This document shows, in pieces, positions 1 to 9,128 of a DNA stretch of 64,000 nt; positions within the stretch are counted from its first letter, which is position 1; the number at the start of each line of letters is the position of its first letter. The notes beneath the pieces are model-generated. The model had not been told where the DNA came from. It saw only the letters and a program-made list of their open reading frames with translations, and made no database searches. A program made the translations under genes and the position numbers. The stretch spans positions 1,216,001 to 1,280,000 of the forward strand of contig CAWJET010000002.1 of NCBI GenBank assembly GCA_963842085.1. The letters are read 5' to 3'. The DNA is from an uncultured delta proteobacterium. GTDB taxonomy: Bacteria; Desulfobacterota; Binatia; Binatales; Binataceae.

Positions 1-44
1 CGCAGCGATCGCGCGAATGCTTCATTCGATGGATCAGCCGGCGC

Positions 45-1190
45 ATGTCTCAACTGAACTATAAGGAATCGACGGTCGCGCGCGCGCGGCGAATCGTGAT
101 CAAGGTCGGCAGCGCCGTGTTGTCCGACGTCGAAGGGCTGCGTGTGGACGTGATCGAGCAGTTAGCGGCGCAGATCGAGTCGGCAGTGGGCGCGGGCCAG
201 GAAATCGTGATCGTCACGTCGGGCGCGGTGGCTGCGGGGCGCGCGCGCCTGTCGAAACTTCACGGCGCAACGATCGCGGCGCGCCAGGCCGCCGCCGCCA
301 CCGGGCAAATCGAGCTGATGTCGGCGTGGGCGCGCGCATTCGGCAGCCGCGATCGGAGCGTCGCGCAGATCTTGCTGACCCATCAGGACCTGGCGGAACG
401 CCGGCGCCGTCAGAATGCAAATCAAACGATTACTGAATTACTCGGCGCGGGCGTGATTCCGATCGTCAACGAGAACGACACGGTCGCGGTCGAGGAAATT
501 CGGCTCGGCGACAACGACGTGCTGTCATCGCTGGTCGCGAGCCTCGTGCAAGCGCAGCTTCTGATCATTTTGAGCGACGTGGATGGCGTGCTGACCGGCG
601 ACCCTCGCGAGCGCAGCGACGCGCGGCTGATACCGGTGATCGGCGATCCCGAAGCCGAGATGCGCGGGCTGGTCGCCGAAAACGCCGGTCCGCTCGGGGT
701 CGGCGGGATGGCGACCAAGTTGAAGGCGGCGCGGCAGGCGGCGCGCGCCGGAATCGCCGTCATAATCGCGCGCGGGCGCGAGGCCGGAATCGTGACCGCG
801 GCGCTGGACCCGGCGCGCGAGGCAGGCACGCTGATCGTGCCGGCTGGAGTGCGGCTCAAGAGCCGCAAGCATTGGATAGCATTCGCGCTGCGGCCGGCGG
901 GCTCGCTCGCGGTCGATAAGGGCGCGGCCGACGCGCTCCGCAACCGCGGACGTTCTCTGCTACCGTCGGGCGTGCGCGAAGTTCGCGGAGATTTCGGCGG
1001 CGGCGATTGCGTGAGCCTGCTCGATCCCGATGGCGTCGAGTTCGGGCGCGGGTTGGTGAACTATCCGGCGTCGGACGTGCTGAAAGTGGCTGGCAAGCGT
1101 TCGACTGAGATTCCGGCTCTGCTCGGGTACAAGGTGGCCGACGAGATTATCCATCGCGACAACTTTGTGCTGATCAAGGAAATCGCCTAG
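45..1190 (+). CDS. proB: glutamate 5-kinase with C-terminal PUA domain
   Basis: RIVIKVGS, VTSGAVAAG, PIVNENDTV, GDNDVLS and GGMATKL motifs; PUA tail EIIHRDN; upstream of proA. Confidence 0.97.
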   Translation: MSQLNYKESTVARARRIVIKVGSAVLSDVEGLRVDVIEQLAAQIESAVGAGQEIVIVTSGAVAAGRARLSKLHGATIAARQAAAATGQIELMSAWARAFGSRDRSVAQILLTHQDLAERRRRQNANQTITELLGAGVIPIVNENDTVAVEEIRLGDNDVLSSLVASLVQAQLLIILSDVDGVLTGDPRERSDARLIPVIGDPEAEMRGLVAENAGPLGVGGMATKLKAARQAARAGIAVIIARGREAGIVTAALDPAREAGTLIVPAGVRLKSRKHWIAFALRPAGSLAVDKGAADALRNRGRSLLPSGVREVRGDFGGGDCVSLLDPDGVEFGRGLVNYPASDVLKVAGKRSTEIPALLGYKVADEIIHRDNFVLIKEIA

Positions 1191-1328
1191 CGCATGGGGA
1201 AGGGTAAATCACTTAATTCAAGTGTGAACCCCGCCGTGGGTTTCAGCAGGGGTGACCCCTTCACCCAGTATTAGGAAGATCGGCGCTCAGTTTATTTGAG
1301 TGGGGTCCGGATATATTCTCGAAGTTGG

Positions 1329-2582
1329 ATGACGGTTGAAGCGGATACTATTGCTGCGCTGGGGCGGGCGCGGGCGGCGGCGCCCAAGATGGCGCTGGCG
1401 ACTACGGCGGAGAAAAACGATTTTCTGCGCCGGCTTGCGAGCGCGCTACGCGATTCGCGCGCGGAGATTATTCGGGCTAACGCGATCGACCTCGAGCGCG
1501 CGCGCAAGAGTGGACGGGGCGGAGCCTTCGTCGAGCGGCTGACGCTCAACGACCAGCGAATCGAAGCGATGGCCGCGGGCGTGCTGCAAGTCGAGGCGCT
1601 TGACGATCCGGTCGGCGCCGTAATCGAGAATTGGACGCGGCCCAACGGGCTGAAGATCGAAAAGAGGCGGGTGCCAATCGGCGTGATCGCGATGATTTAC
1701 GAATCGCGCCCCAACGTTACGGTCGATGCGGCGGCGCTGACGCTCAAAGCGGGCAACGCCGTAGTCCTGCGGGGCGGCAGCGAAGCGCTCAGCAGCAACG
1801 GACTTTTGGCGGGATTGATTTCGCGCGCATTGAAAGACGCCGGGCTCGAGCCGGACGCGGCGACATTTATCCGCGACCCGGATCGCGAAGTAATCCAGAT
1901 AATGAAGCGCAGCCGCGACCTGATCGACCTGATAATTCCGCGCGGAGGCAAGTCGTTGAAGGACGCGCTGGAAGGCTCGACGATTCCGCTGCTGCCGCAC
2001 TTCGACGGCAAATGCCATACCTATGTCGATCGGGCGGCGGATCTGAAGATGGCCGAGGAAATTTGCTTGAACGCAAAATGCTCGCGGCCTTCGGTCTGCA
2101 ATTCGATGGAGAAATTGTTGGTGCATCGCGAGGTCGCGCAGAAATTTCTGCCGTCGCTCGCTGCGCGGATGACGGCGGCCGGCGTCGAGATTCGCGGCGA
2201 CGATGCGACCCGAAAAATCGTGCCGGGGGCGCGCGTAGCGACTGACGAAGACTGGGACACGGAATATCTGGACTTGATCCTGGCGGTGAAAATCGTGGAT
2301 TCGGTTGACGAGGCGATCGCGTTTATCGCGCGTCACGGGTCTCATCTGGCGGACGCGATCGTCACCGGCGACGCGGAAACTGCCGCGCGCTTTGAACGCG
2401 AGGTCGATTCGGCTACCGTTTACGTGAATGCCTCGACGCGTTTCACCGACGGTTTCGAATTCGGATTCGGGGCGGAGACCGGAATCTCGACCAACCGGCT
2501 GCACGCGCGCGGGCCGATGGGGCTCAATGAGTTGACTACATATAAGTACGTCCTGCACGGCACCGGGCAAATCCGCGCCTGA
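1329..2582 (+). CDS. proA: gamma-glutamyl phosphate reductase
   Basis: IYESRPNVT, LRGGSEA, IPRGG, catalytic SVCNS, NASTRFTDG, HARGPMGL; ATG 1329 preferred over TTG 1296. Confidence 0.97.
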   Translation: MTVEADTIAALGRARAAAPKMALATTAEKNDFLRRLASALRDSRAEIIRANAIDLERARKSGRGGAFVERLTLNDQRIEAMAAGVLQVEALDDPVGAVIENWTRPNGLKIEKRRVPIGVIAMIYESRPNVTVDAAALTLKAGNAVVLRGGSEALSSNGLLAGLISRALKDAGLEPDAATFIRDPDREVIQIMKRSRDLIDLIIPRGGKSLKDALEGSTIPLLPHFDGKCHTYVDRAADLKMAEEICLNAKCSRPSVCNSMEKLLVHREVAQKFLPSLAARMTAAGVEIRGDDATRKIVPGARVATDEDWDTEYLDLILAVKIVDSVDEAIAFIARHGSHLADAIVTGDAETAARFEREVDSATVYVNASTRFTDGFEFGFGAETGISTNRLHARGPMGLNELTTYKYVLHGTGQIRA

Positions 2583-2605
2583 ACGGCGGCGCGAAATCAA
2601 ATCAA

Positions 2606-3244
2606 ATGCGGGTAGGATTGTTCGGCGGCAGTTTCAATCCGATTCACCTCGGGCATCTGCGGGCGGCCGAGGAAGTTCGCGAGGCGCTGCAGCTCGACCT
2701 GGTGTATTTCATTCCGGCCGCGTCGCCGCCGCATAAGGCGGAGGGCGAACTGGCGCCCGCGGAGCATCGGCTGGCGATGGTTCGGCTGGCGACCAAGGGC
2801 AATCGCCATTTCATGTCTTCGGACGTTGAGATTCGGCGCGCCGGACGTTCGTACACGATCGATACGGTGCGCTATTTCCTGGCTACCCTGCGCCAGCCAG
2901 CGACGCTGTACCTGCTGATGGGCGCGGACCAGTTTGCCGAGCTGGAGTCGTGGAAGGAGCCCGAGGAACTGGTGCGCCTGTGCAACTTCGCCGTTCATAC
3001 AAGGTTAACCGAAGGGAAAGAGGGGCCGCCGCGAATATCAGTTGCCGCGCTCAAACGGTTTGGCTACACTCAGGCAGACGACCACTACGTGCATTCGAGC
3101 GGACAAACGCTATCTTTCGTCGAAACCACGTTCCTACCCATTTCAGCGACTGAAATTCGCGGCAAACTGCAACACGGCGAATCGATCCGGTACCTGGTGC
3201 CGATCGACGTCGTCGATTACATCCAGCGCCACGCGCTGTATTGA
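2606..3244 (+). CDS. nadD: nicotinate-nucleotide adenylyltransferase
   Basis: GGSFNPIHLGH, PPHK, SYTIDT, MGAD, ISATEIR; proA-nadD-rsfS order. Confidence 0.96.
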   Translation: MRVGLFGGSFNPIHLGHLRAAEEVREALQLDLVYFIPAASPPHKAEGELAPAEHRLAMVRLATKGNRHFMSSDVEIRRAGRSYTIDTVRYFLATLRQPATLYLLMGADQFAELESWKEPEELVRLCNFAVHTRLTEGKEGPPRISVAALKRFGYTQADDHYVHSSGQTLSFVETTFLPISATEIRGKLQHGESIRYLVPIDVVDYIQRHALY

Positions 3245-3335
3245 GGCTCGCTCTGCTTAAATCTTCGCGTTCATTCCCATCCCGATCGAAACATCCACAG
3301 ACGGCGAACCCGCCGGCCAATCGCGGTCAGATTTC

Positions 3336-3725
3336 TTGACGGCGCTGAAGAAGGCAATCGTCGCGGCCGAAGCGGCGCTGGAAAAAAAGGCCTACGACCT
3401 GGTGGTGCTCCAAGCCGAGCATCTGAAACCGGTGGCGGATTATTTCCTGGTGGCAACCGGGCGCTCCGACGTGCAGGTGCAGGCGATCGCGCGCGGGATA
3501 GAGGAAGCGATGGGCAAGGCGGGACAGCGCGCGCTGGCGGTCGAGGGGCTGCATCATGCTCACTGGGTGGTGCTCGACTACGACGACGTCGTGATCCACC
3601 TGTTCTACGAACCGGCGCGCGAGTTCTACCGGCTCGAGCGCAATTGGATCGACGCGCACGAAGTGATGCTGCCGGAGCCGATTCGCAAACAGGCCGAGGG
3701 CCTGCGTATCCGCGCCAGCGGGTGA
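3336..3725 (+). CDS. rsfS: ribosome silencing factor (Iojap)
   Basis: ADYFLVATG, WVVLDYDDVVIHLF, REFYRLERNW; follows nadD. Confidence 0.95.
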   Translation: MTALKKAIVAAEAALEKKAYDLVVLQAEHLKPVADYFLVATGRSDVQVQAIARGIEEAMGKAGQRALAVEGLHHAHWVVLDYDDVVIHLFYEPAREFYRLERNWIDAHEVMLPEPIRKQAEGLRIRASG

Positions 3726-3746
3726 GCGCGGGCGCGTGCGGCTTGG

Positions 3747-3986
3747 TCAGATGTCGCGAACTATGTGCGAGATCCAGACCAGGACGACAGCACCGACCGT
3801 GGCGATCAGGATCGCACCGATCGCGCCGTTGGGGCCGGGAACGCCGAGTGACCCGAAGATCCATCCGCCGACGAGGCCTCCGATCAAACCGAGGATGAGG
3901 TCGCCGATCAGTCCGAAACCTGCGCCGCGCACCAGCTTCCCGGCCAGCCAGCCTGCGATGATTCCGACTATGATCCAATACAACAT
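3747..3986 (-). CDS. GlsB/YeaQ/YmgE family (transglycosylase-associated) membrane protein
   Basis: WIIVGIIAGWLAG...GLIGDLILGLIGGLVGG...ATVGAVVL pattern. Confidence 0.9.
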   Translation of the reverse strand: MLYWIIVGIIAGWLAGKLVRGAGFGLIGDLILGLIGGLVGGWIFGSLGVPGPNGAIGAILIATVGAVVLVWISHIVRDI

Positions 3987-4040
3987 CGTGGGGCCCTCAC
4001 TACGTTGTCGCGATAGCGCTCGAACGACGGAGCGCGACCG

Positions 4041-4160
4041 CTACTTTTTCTGTTCCATCGGAATGCCGCAGCACTTGAGCTGTCCGGAGCCGCCCTTGGT
4101 GACGATAACCTGCGATTTGCAGTTGCTGCAGATGTAAACTTTGCCGAGCTGATTTGCCAT
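4041..4160 (-). CDS. stand-alone desulforedoxin-like small protein, 39 aa (not in ORF track)
   Basis: Hand translation MANQLGKVYICSNCKSQVIVTKGGSGQLKCCGIPMEQKK: exact C-x2-C-x15-C-C spacing; AAGGA upstream. Confidence 0.85.
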   Translation of the reverse strand: MANQLGKVYICSNCKSQVIVTKGGSGQLKCCGIPMEQKK

Positions 4161-4214
4161 TCGTGGATCCTGATCCTTTCGGACGATTTGCCGCTTAAAA
4201 TTTGCGCCGAAAAT

Positions 4215-5003
4215 TCACGCGCCCCTGAACAGCGGTTTGCGCTTCTCGAGAAAAGCGCGCACGCCTTCGGCGCGGTCGGAAGTCGTTTGTAGCAGGGCGT
4301 ACAGATCCTCCTCAAGCCTGATGCCCTGCTCCAAGGTCATGTCGTAGCCCTTGAGCACGGCGTCCTTGACCAGCCGCGCGGCCAGCGGAGCGCGGCTCAG
4401 GATGGCTTGAGCGACGCGGCCGCCGGTGGCGGCGAGCTCGGCTGGGCTGTCGGCGAGATACGTGACCAGGCCCATGCGCATCGCGTCGCCCGCTTCCAGA
4501 GCCGTCCCGGTCAGCATCAGGCGGAGCGCGTTGCCGGCACCGACGAGGCGCGGGAGGCGCTGGGTTGCGCCGAAATGGGGCATTGCGCCGCGCTTCATTT
4601 GCGTGATGGCAAATCGAGCGGACGAAAGCGCGACCCGAATGTCGGCAGCCATCGCGAGTTCGAGACCTCCATCGAAGGCGTCACCGTTGAGGATGGCGAC
4701 CGTGGGCTTGGAAAGCACGGCGAGCGATTCGACCAGGCGCGGATCGACGGCGGCGTCGAAGCCGAGGCAGAACGCGGAGCCGGCGCCGGTGAGCGCGAGC
4801 ATCCGGGCGGCGTCGTCGTCCTCGACGTGCTCGAACAGCTCGAGCAGGCGGACGGCCATCGCGGGCGTGAGGATGGCGCGCAGGCTGGGAAATCGAAGCG
4901 TCGCGCTGACGCATCCGCCGGCAAAGGCAACGTCGATCGCGCCGGCGGGCGCTTGGCGCGCGGCGCGCCGCGGCCGGGATTTTTTGACGGGGCGCGGCGT
5001 CAG
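4215..5003 (-). CDS. enoyl-CoA hydratase/isomerase (crotonase) family protein; start uncertain
   Basis: AFCLGFD, GGLELAMAADIR, GATQRLPRLVG, EGVRAFLEKRKP; probable start overlaps the stop of the upstream ligase. Confidence 0.85.
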   Translation of the reverse strand: MTPRPVKKSRPRRAARQAPAGAIDVAFAGGCVSATLRFPSLRAILTPAMAVRLLELFEHVEDDDAARMLALTGAGSAFCLGFDAAVDPRLVESLAVLSKPTVAILNGDAFDGGLELAMAADIRVALSSARFAITQMKRGAMPHFGATQRLPRLVGAGNALRLMLTGTALEAGDAMRMGLVTYLADSPAELAATGGRVAQAILSRAPLAARLVKDAVLKGYDMTLEQGIRLEEDLYALLQTTSDRAEGVRAFLEKRKPLFRGA

Positions 5004-6568
5004 ACGCCTCCGGCGGGAGCGCGCAGATCCTTGCGCAGGATTTTGCCCAGCGGGTTTTTGGGCAGCACGTCGATGAACTCGATGCGCTCGGGACGCTTGA
5101 AGCTGGCCAGGCGCGAGCGGCAGAACTCGGCGAGCTCGGGCTCGGTCACCGAGCTTCCTTCGCGCACAACCACGAAAGCCTTGACGGTCTGCCCCCATTC
5201 GACGGAGGGCACGCCGATGACGGCGCATTCGTCGACGGCGGGATGGCTCATGAGGACGGTTTCGATTTCGGCGGGAGCGATGTTCTCGCCGCCGCGGATA
5301 ATCATGTCGTCCTTGCGGCCGGCGAAGAAGACGTAGCCGTCGTCGTCGAGCCATCCGAGGTCACCGGTCGCGCGCCATCCGTCGGGCAAGCGCGCGTCGT
5401 CGTCGCGGCCGGCGTAGCCTTTCATGATGCGCGGGGTGCGGATGATGATTTCGCCGACCTGGCCGTGCGGGAGGAACTTGCCGTCCTCGTCGCGGACGCG
5501 AATCTCGACGTCGGGCAGCGGTTTGCCGATCGAGTTGAGGCGCTTGAGCTTGAGTTCGACCTGATCGGGCGTGCCTTCGATTCTGTGATCGTCGGGGCCG
5601 AGCACGGTCAGCGACGAGGTTGTTTCGGTCTGGCCGTAGGCGTTCACGAAGCCGACTTTCTTCGGGAACACTTCGATCGCGCGGCGAATCACCTGCACCG
5701 GCATCGCGGCGCCGCCGTAGGCGAGGTTGGTCAGGCTGGAGAGATCGGTTTTGGCGAATGAGGGTTCGTCCATGATCTGCTTCATCATCGTGGGGACGAC
5801 GAGCGCATTCGTGACGCGCTCGCGCTGGACGAGGTCGAGCCACCCCTTCGCTTCGAACTGCGGCATCACGACGATCTTGCGGCCGGTCCAGATGTTGCTC
5901 ATGTACGCCATGGTTCCGGCGATGTGGTAAAACGGCACGCACACCAGCGCGACGCCGCGGTCGGTGCCGTCGGCCATCTCGATAGTGGCGGTCACGTAGG
6001 CGGTGAAGTCGCGAAAGCGCAACTGCACGCCCTTGGGCAGCGAGGTGGTGCCGCTGGTGTACATGAGGATCGAAACGTCCTCATCTTCGACCTCAGCTTC
6101 GGATTCATCGGGGTCGGCCCTGGCTACGAGATCGGCGAGACGCGGCAATCCGCGCGCGCCTTTGCCGAGCGCGACGATTTTGTTCGCGCTTAGCCGCGAC
6201 TGAATTCTGTTGATCAATTCGACATAACGATCGCCGACGAGCAATGCTTTCGCCTGCGCGGTGTTGACCATGTATTCGAGCTCGGCATCCTTGGCGCGAT
6301 AGTTGAGCGGCAGGAAGGTGAGTCCGGCCTTGGCGGCGGCGTAGTAACACTCGATGTAGAGATCGGAGTTGGTGTCGAGCACGGCGATGACGTCGCCATG
6401 CACCAAGCCAAACTGTTTGAAGACCGCGCACAGGCGCGAGATCTGGTCGTTCAGATCCGCATAGGTCAGGCGTCGCGGGCCGAAGACCAGGATTTCCTGG
6501 TCGGGCACGATCGACGATGGGATCGTGACGAAGTTAACCGTGTTCACAGCGGACGAATCCTCCACCAT
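5000..6568 (-). CDS. ANL-superfamily AMP-dependent ligase (acyl-CoA synthetase-like)
   Basis: YTSGTTSLPKG, YGQTET, ATGDLG, GRKDDMIIRGGENI, PKNPLGKI motifs. Confidence 0.93.
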   Translation of the reverse strand: MVEDSSAVNTVNFVTIPSSIVPDQEILVFGPRRLTYADLNDQISRLCAVFKQFGLVHGDVIAVLDTNSDLYIECYYAAAKAGLTFLPLNYRAKDAELEYMVNTAQAKALLVGDRYVELINRIQSRLSANKIVALGKGARGLPRLADLVARADPDESEAEVEDEDVSILMYTSGTTSLPKGVQLRFRDFTAYVTATIEMADGTDRGVALVCVPFYHIAGTMAYMSNIWTGRKIVVMPQFEAKGWLDLVQRERVTNALVVPTMMKQIMDEPSFAKTDLSSLTNLAYGGAAMPVQVIRRAIEVFPKKVGFVNAYGQTETTSSLTVLGPDDHRIEGTPDQVELKLKRLNSIGKPLPDVEIRVRDEDGKFLPHGQVGEIIIRTPRIMKGYAGRDDDARLPDGWRATGDLGWLDDDGYVFFAGRKDDMIIRGGENIAPAEIETVLMSHPAVDECAVIGVPSVEWGQTVKAFVVVREGSSVTEPELAEFCRSRLASFKRPERIEFIDVLPKNPLGKILRKDLRAPAGGV

Positions 6569-6574
6569 AGCAAA

Positions 6575-7306
6575 TCAGATTTTGGCGAGCCGCTTCCAGA
6601 GCCGGCGTTCGAGTTCGAGTCCCTGTCGTAGCGGCATATCGAGGCCTCCCCAGACCGCCAGCTTTAGCATCGCGGCCTGCTCGCCGGTGACACGGCCAAA
6701 GGCGCGGGCGAGCGCGAGCGCGCGACCGTCCAAGTCCGCCAAGGGCACAACTTCGGCGACCAAACCTATAAGTAACGCGTCTTGGGCGTCAATCCAACGG
6801 CCGGTGAGGCAAAGGTCCAGCGCCCGGCCGAGGCCGAGGCGGCGCGCGGCGGTTTGCGTGCCGGCGACGCCGGGAATCATGCCGGCGCCGGTCTCGGGCA
6901 GGGACAGGCGCGTGTCGGCGGCGGCGATCGCGAGGTCGCAAAGAAGGGCCATCTCGAGACCGCCGCCGACGGTGTAGCCGTGGATGGCCGCGATGGTCGG
7001 GATGGGCAGCGCGCGGAGCATCCCCCACACGTCGCGGCGAAAGCGGACCCATCGCGCGACAATCGGCGACGGCGCCATCCCGAATTCGGCGAGGTCGCCG
7101 CCGGTTGAGAAAGCCTGGCCGGCGCCCCGCAGGACCATCGCGCGAACCTCGCGATCGTCGTGGATCGCAGCGAGGATCTGAAACAGATCGTCGCGCATCG
7201 CCATGTTGTAGGCGTTGAATTGCGCGGGGCGATTGAGCGTAACCCACGCGACCGGACCGCGCTTGGCGTAGAGAACCGCGCTCGAACCGTTCGTTTTCGA
7301 CGGCAT
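6575..7306 (-). CDS. enoyl-CoA hydratase/isomerase family protein
   Basis: LNRP, FSTGGDL, GGGLEMAL, SLPE motifs. Confidence 0.9.
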   Translation of the reverse strand: MPSKTNGSSAVLYAKRGPVAWVTLNRPAQFNAYNMAMRDDLFQILAAIHDDREVRAMVLRGAGQAFSTGGDLAEFGMAPSPIVARWVRFRRDVWGMLRALPIPTIAAIHGYTVGGGLEMALLCDLAIAAADTRLSLPETGAGMIPGVAGTQTAARRLGLGRALDLCLTGRWIDAQDALLIGLVAEVVPLADLDGRALALARAFGRVTGEQAAMLKLAVWGGLDMPLRQGLELERRLWKRLAKI

Positions 7307-8865
7307 CAGGTGGAGCGCAGGTCGGCGCTGTCGCTGCTGGCGATGGCGGGACGGCCGCGCTCGTAAACCACGCGGCCGCCGACGATTGTGAGATCGACGG
7401 TGAGGTTCATCAATTCGGCGGGCGTGAGCGCGAACGGGTCGCGCGGCATCACGATAAGATCGGCCAGACGGTCGGGCTCGACGGCGCCGGCGTTGAGGCG
7501 GGCAAGGCGCGCGGCGTCGGAGGTGAAGAGCGCGAAGGCGTCCTGCACGGGGAGCGCTTCGGCGGGCGCGAGTTCAACGCCGTCGATAGTAGCGCGGGAT
7601 ACGGCGGCCACAATCGCGGCGAGCGGCCTGGCAGGTGTGACGGGAGCGTCGGTAGCGCCGACCAGGTGAACATTGGCGTCCTTGAGACTGCGCGCGCGGT
7701 AGAGATGAGCGATGAGGCCGGGCTCGGCGGCGTACTTGGGCCCGCGAAAATAGATGAAGCCGGGGTTGGTGACGACCCACACACCGAGCGCCACGAGCCG
7801 GTCGATGTAGTTGGGCGTGATGAGACCGCCGTGCTCGATGCGAAACCGCGGCATCTCGTGCGCGCCGGCGAATCGCGACTTGGCGGATTCGATCGCGGCG
7901 ACGGCCTCTTCCAATTCTTCGAGTTCGGTCACGTGAAAGGCGCAATCGAGTCCCAGGTCGAGCGCGCGGAGGACAGGGCGAGAGAGTCCGGCCGCGTCGT
8001 ACTGGTAGCCGGGCATGAACTTGGCGGCGGCCAGACTGATTCCGGCGGCGCGGGCAAGCTGCTCGCATCGATCGGCGTTGTCGAGATGCTGACCGCCGAT
8101 CATCACGCCGACGCGCTGGCAAATCGCGCCCGAACCCGCGAGCCTGGCCAGCTGTTCGACCTCGACCGGTCCGTTGCGCGCGGTGGCGTCGGTGAACGTC
8201 GTGACTCCGGCGGCGGCCAGTTCGCGGCTCATGATGCGCGCGCGTGATTCCGCTTCCGCGGCGGTCACCAGCGGGAGATGATCCGACAGCCACGTTTCCA
8301 TCCCGACGACGAGGCCGGTGAGCTTGCCGGCGGCGTCGCGAATCATGTTGGCGCCGGGGGGAGGAGTGAAGTCGGGAGCCTCGAGGCCCAGCAGCGCGAT
8401 CGCGCGCGAATTGAGCCAGGTCGCGTGCAGCGTCTGATGGCGCAGGCGGATCGGATTCTTGGGCAGCGAGTGATCGAGCTCGGCGCGCGTGGGCCCGCGC
8501 TTTTCGAGCATGAGCGCTTCATCGCATCCGAAGGCGCGCAGCCAGTTACCGGGCGGCGTCTTGCCGGCGGCAAGCCGCAGGTCGCCGAGCAGATCGCCGA
8601 CAGTGCGGCATCGCTGGACGGAGATCCCGGTGGCAGCCGCAGCAGCCTCGCGGAAATGGAGGTGCGAATCGATGAAGCCGGGCGCGAGGGTGCGTCCCGC
8701 GAGCTTGATCAGATGAGTTCGCGGACCGACCAGCGGTTTCAGCTGCGCGAAGGGTCCGTGCGCGGCGATCAACCCGCGCGAGATGGCAACCGAGTCGCTG
8801 CCGGGATGGCCGAGAACGAGACCCTCGTGCAGAACCAGGTCGGCTTTCCCGGGCGCAGCTTCCAT
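7306..8865 (-). CDS. metal-dependent amidohydrolase (Amidohydro_3/YtcJ-like)
   Basis: PGFIDSHLH, AFHVT, RIEHG, ATDAPV, LADLIV, TIVGGRVVY. Confidence 0.88.
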   Translation of the reverse strand: MEAAPGKADLVLHEGLVLGHPGSDSVAISRGLIAAHGPFAQLKPLVGPRTHLIKLAGRTLAPGFIDSHLHFREAAAAATGISVQRCRTVGDLLGDLRLAAGKTPPGNWLRAFGCDEALMLEKRGPTRAELDHSLPKNPIRLRHQTLHATWLNSRAIALLGLEAPDFTPPPGANMIRDAAGKLTGLVVGMETWLSDHLPLVTAAEAESRARIMSRELAAAGVTTFTDATARNGPVEVEQLARLAGSGAICQRVGVMIGGQHLDNADRCEQLARAAGISLAAAKFMPGYQYDAAGLSRPVLRALDLGLDCAFHVTELEELEEAVAAIESAKSRFAGAHEMPRFRIEHGGLITPNYIDRLVALGVWVVTNPGFIYFRGPKYAAEPGLIAHLYRARSLKDANVHLVGATDAPVTPARPLAAIVAAVSRATIDGVELAPAEALPVQDAFALFTSDAARLARLNAGAVEPDRLADLIVMPRDPFALTPAELMNLTVDLTIVGGRVVYERGRPAIASSDSADLRST

Positions 8866-8917
8866 TTTGGAACGTGTGCCTTCGCCGCGCGACCGAGGGC
8901 CGCGGCGTTCGGGGATC

Positions 8918-9061
8918 CTAGTCGGAACTTGGAAGCGGTTTGGCTTCCTTGATCTTCATCGCCTGGTCGCAACATTCGAGGCCGCCGTCCCCCGCCTTGT
9001 TGCAGAGCACCTCGGTGCCGCACTTTTCGCACATGTAACGCTTACCGAGCACGTTAGCCAT
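8918..9061 (-). CDS. stand-alone desulforedoxin-like small protein with C-terminal KPLPSSD tail, 47 aa
   Basis: MANVLGKRYMCEKCGTEVLCNKAGDGGLECCDQAMKIKEAKPLPSSD; C-x2-C-x15-C-C; AAGGAG RBS before ATG 9061. Confidence 0.85.
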   Translation of the reverse strand: MANVLGKRYMCEKCGTEVLCNKAGDGGLECCDQAMKIKEAKPLPSSD

Positions 9062-9128
9062 CGATACACTCCTTAAATCCGGGCGCTTTGGGCCGGCATG
9101 GCAAAACTTAAAGTATCGCTTCAACTCA

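Noticed and set aside
1191-1328. proB-proA spacer with short hairpins (GGGTGA-CCCCT-TCACCC) as a riboswitch or ncRNA
   Set aside because: Stems are short and match no family I can recognise.
4215-5354. 379-aa version of the crotonase ORF
   Set aside because: The first ~115 codons overlap the ligase gene in another frame and are low-complexity Arg-rich.
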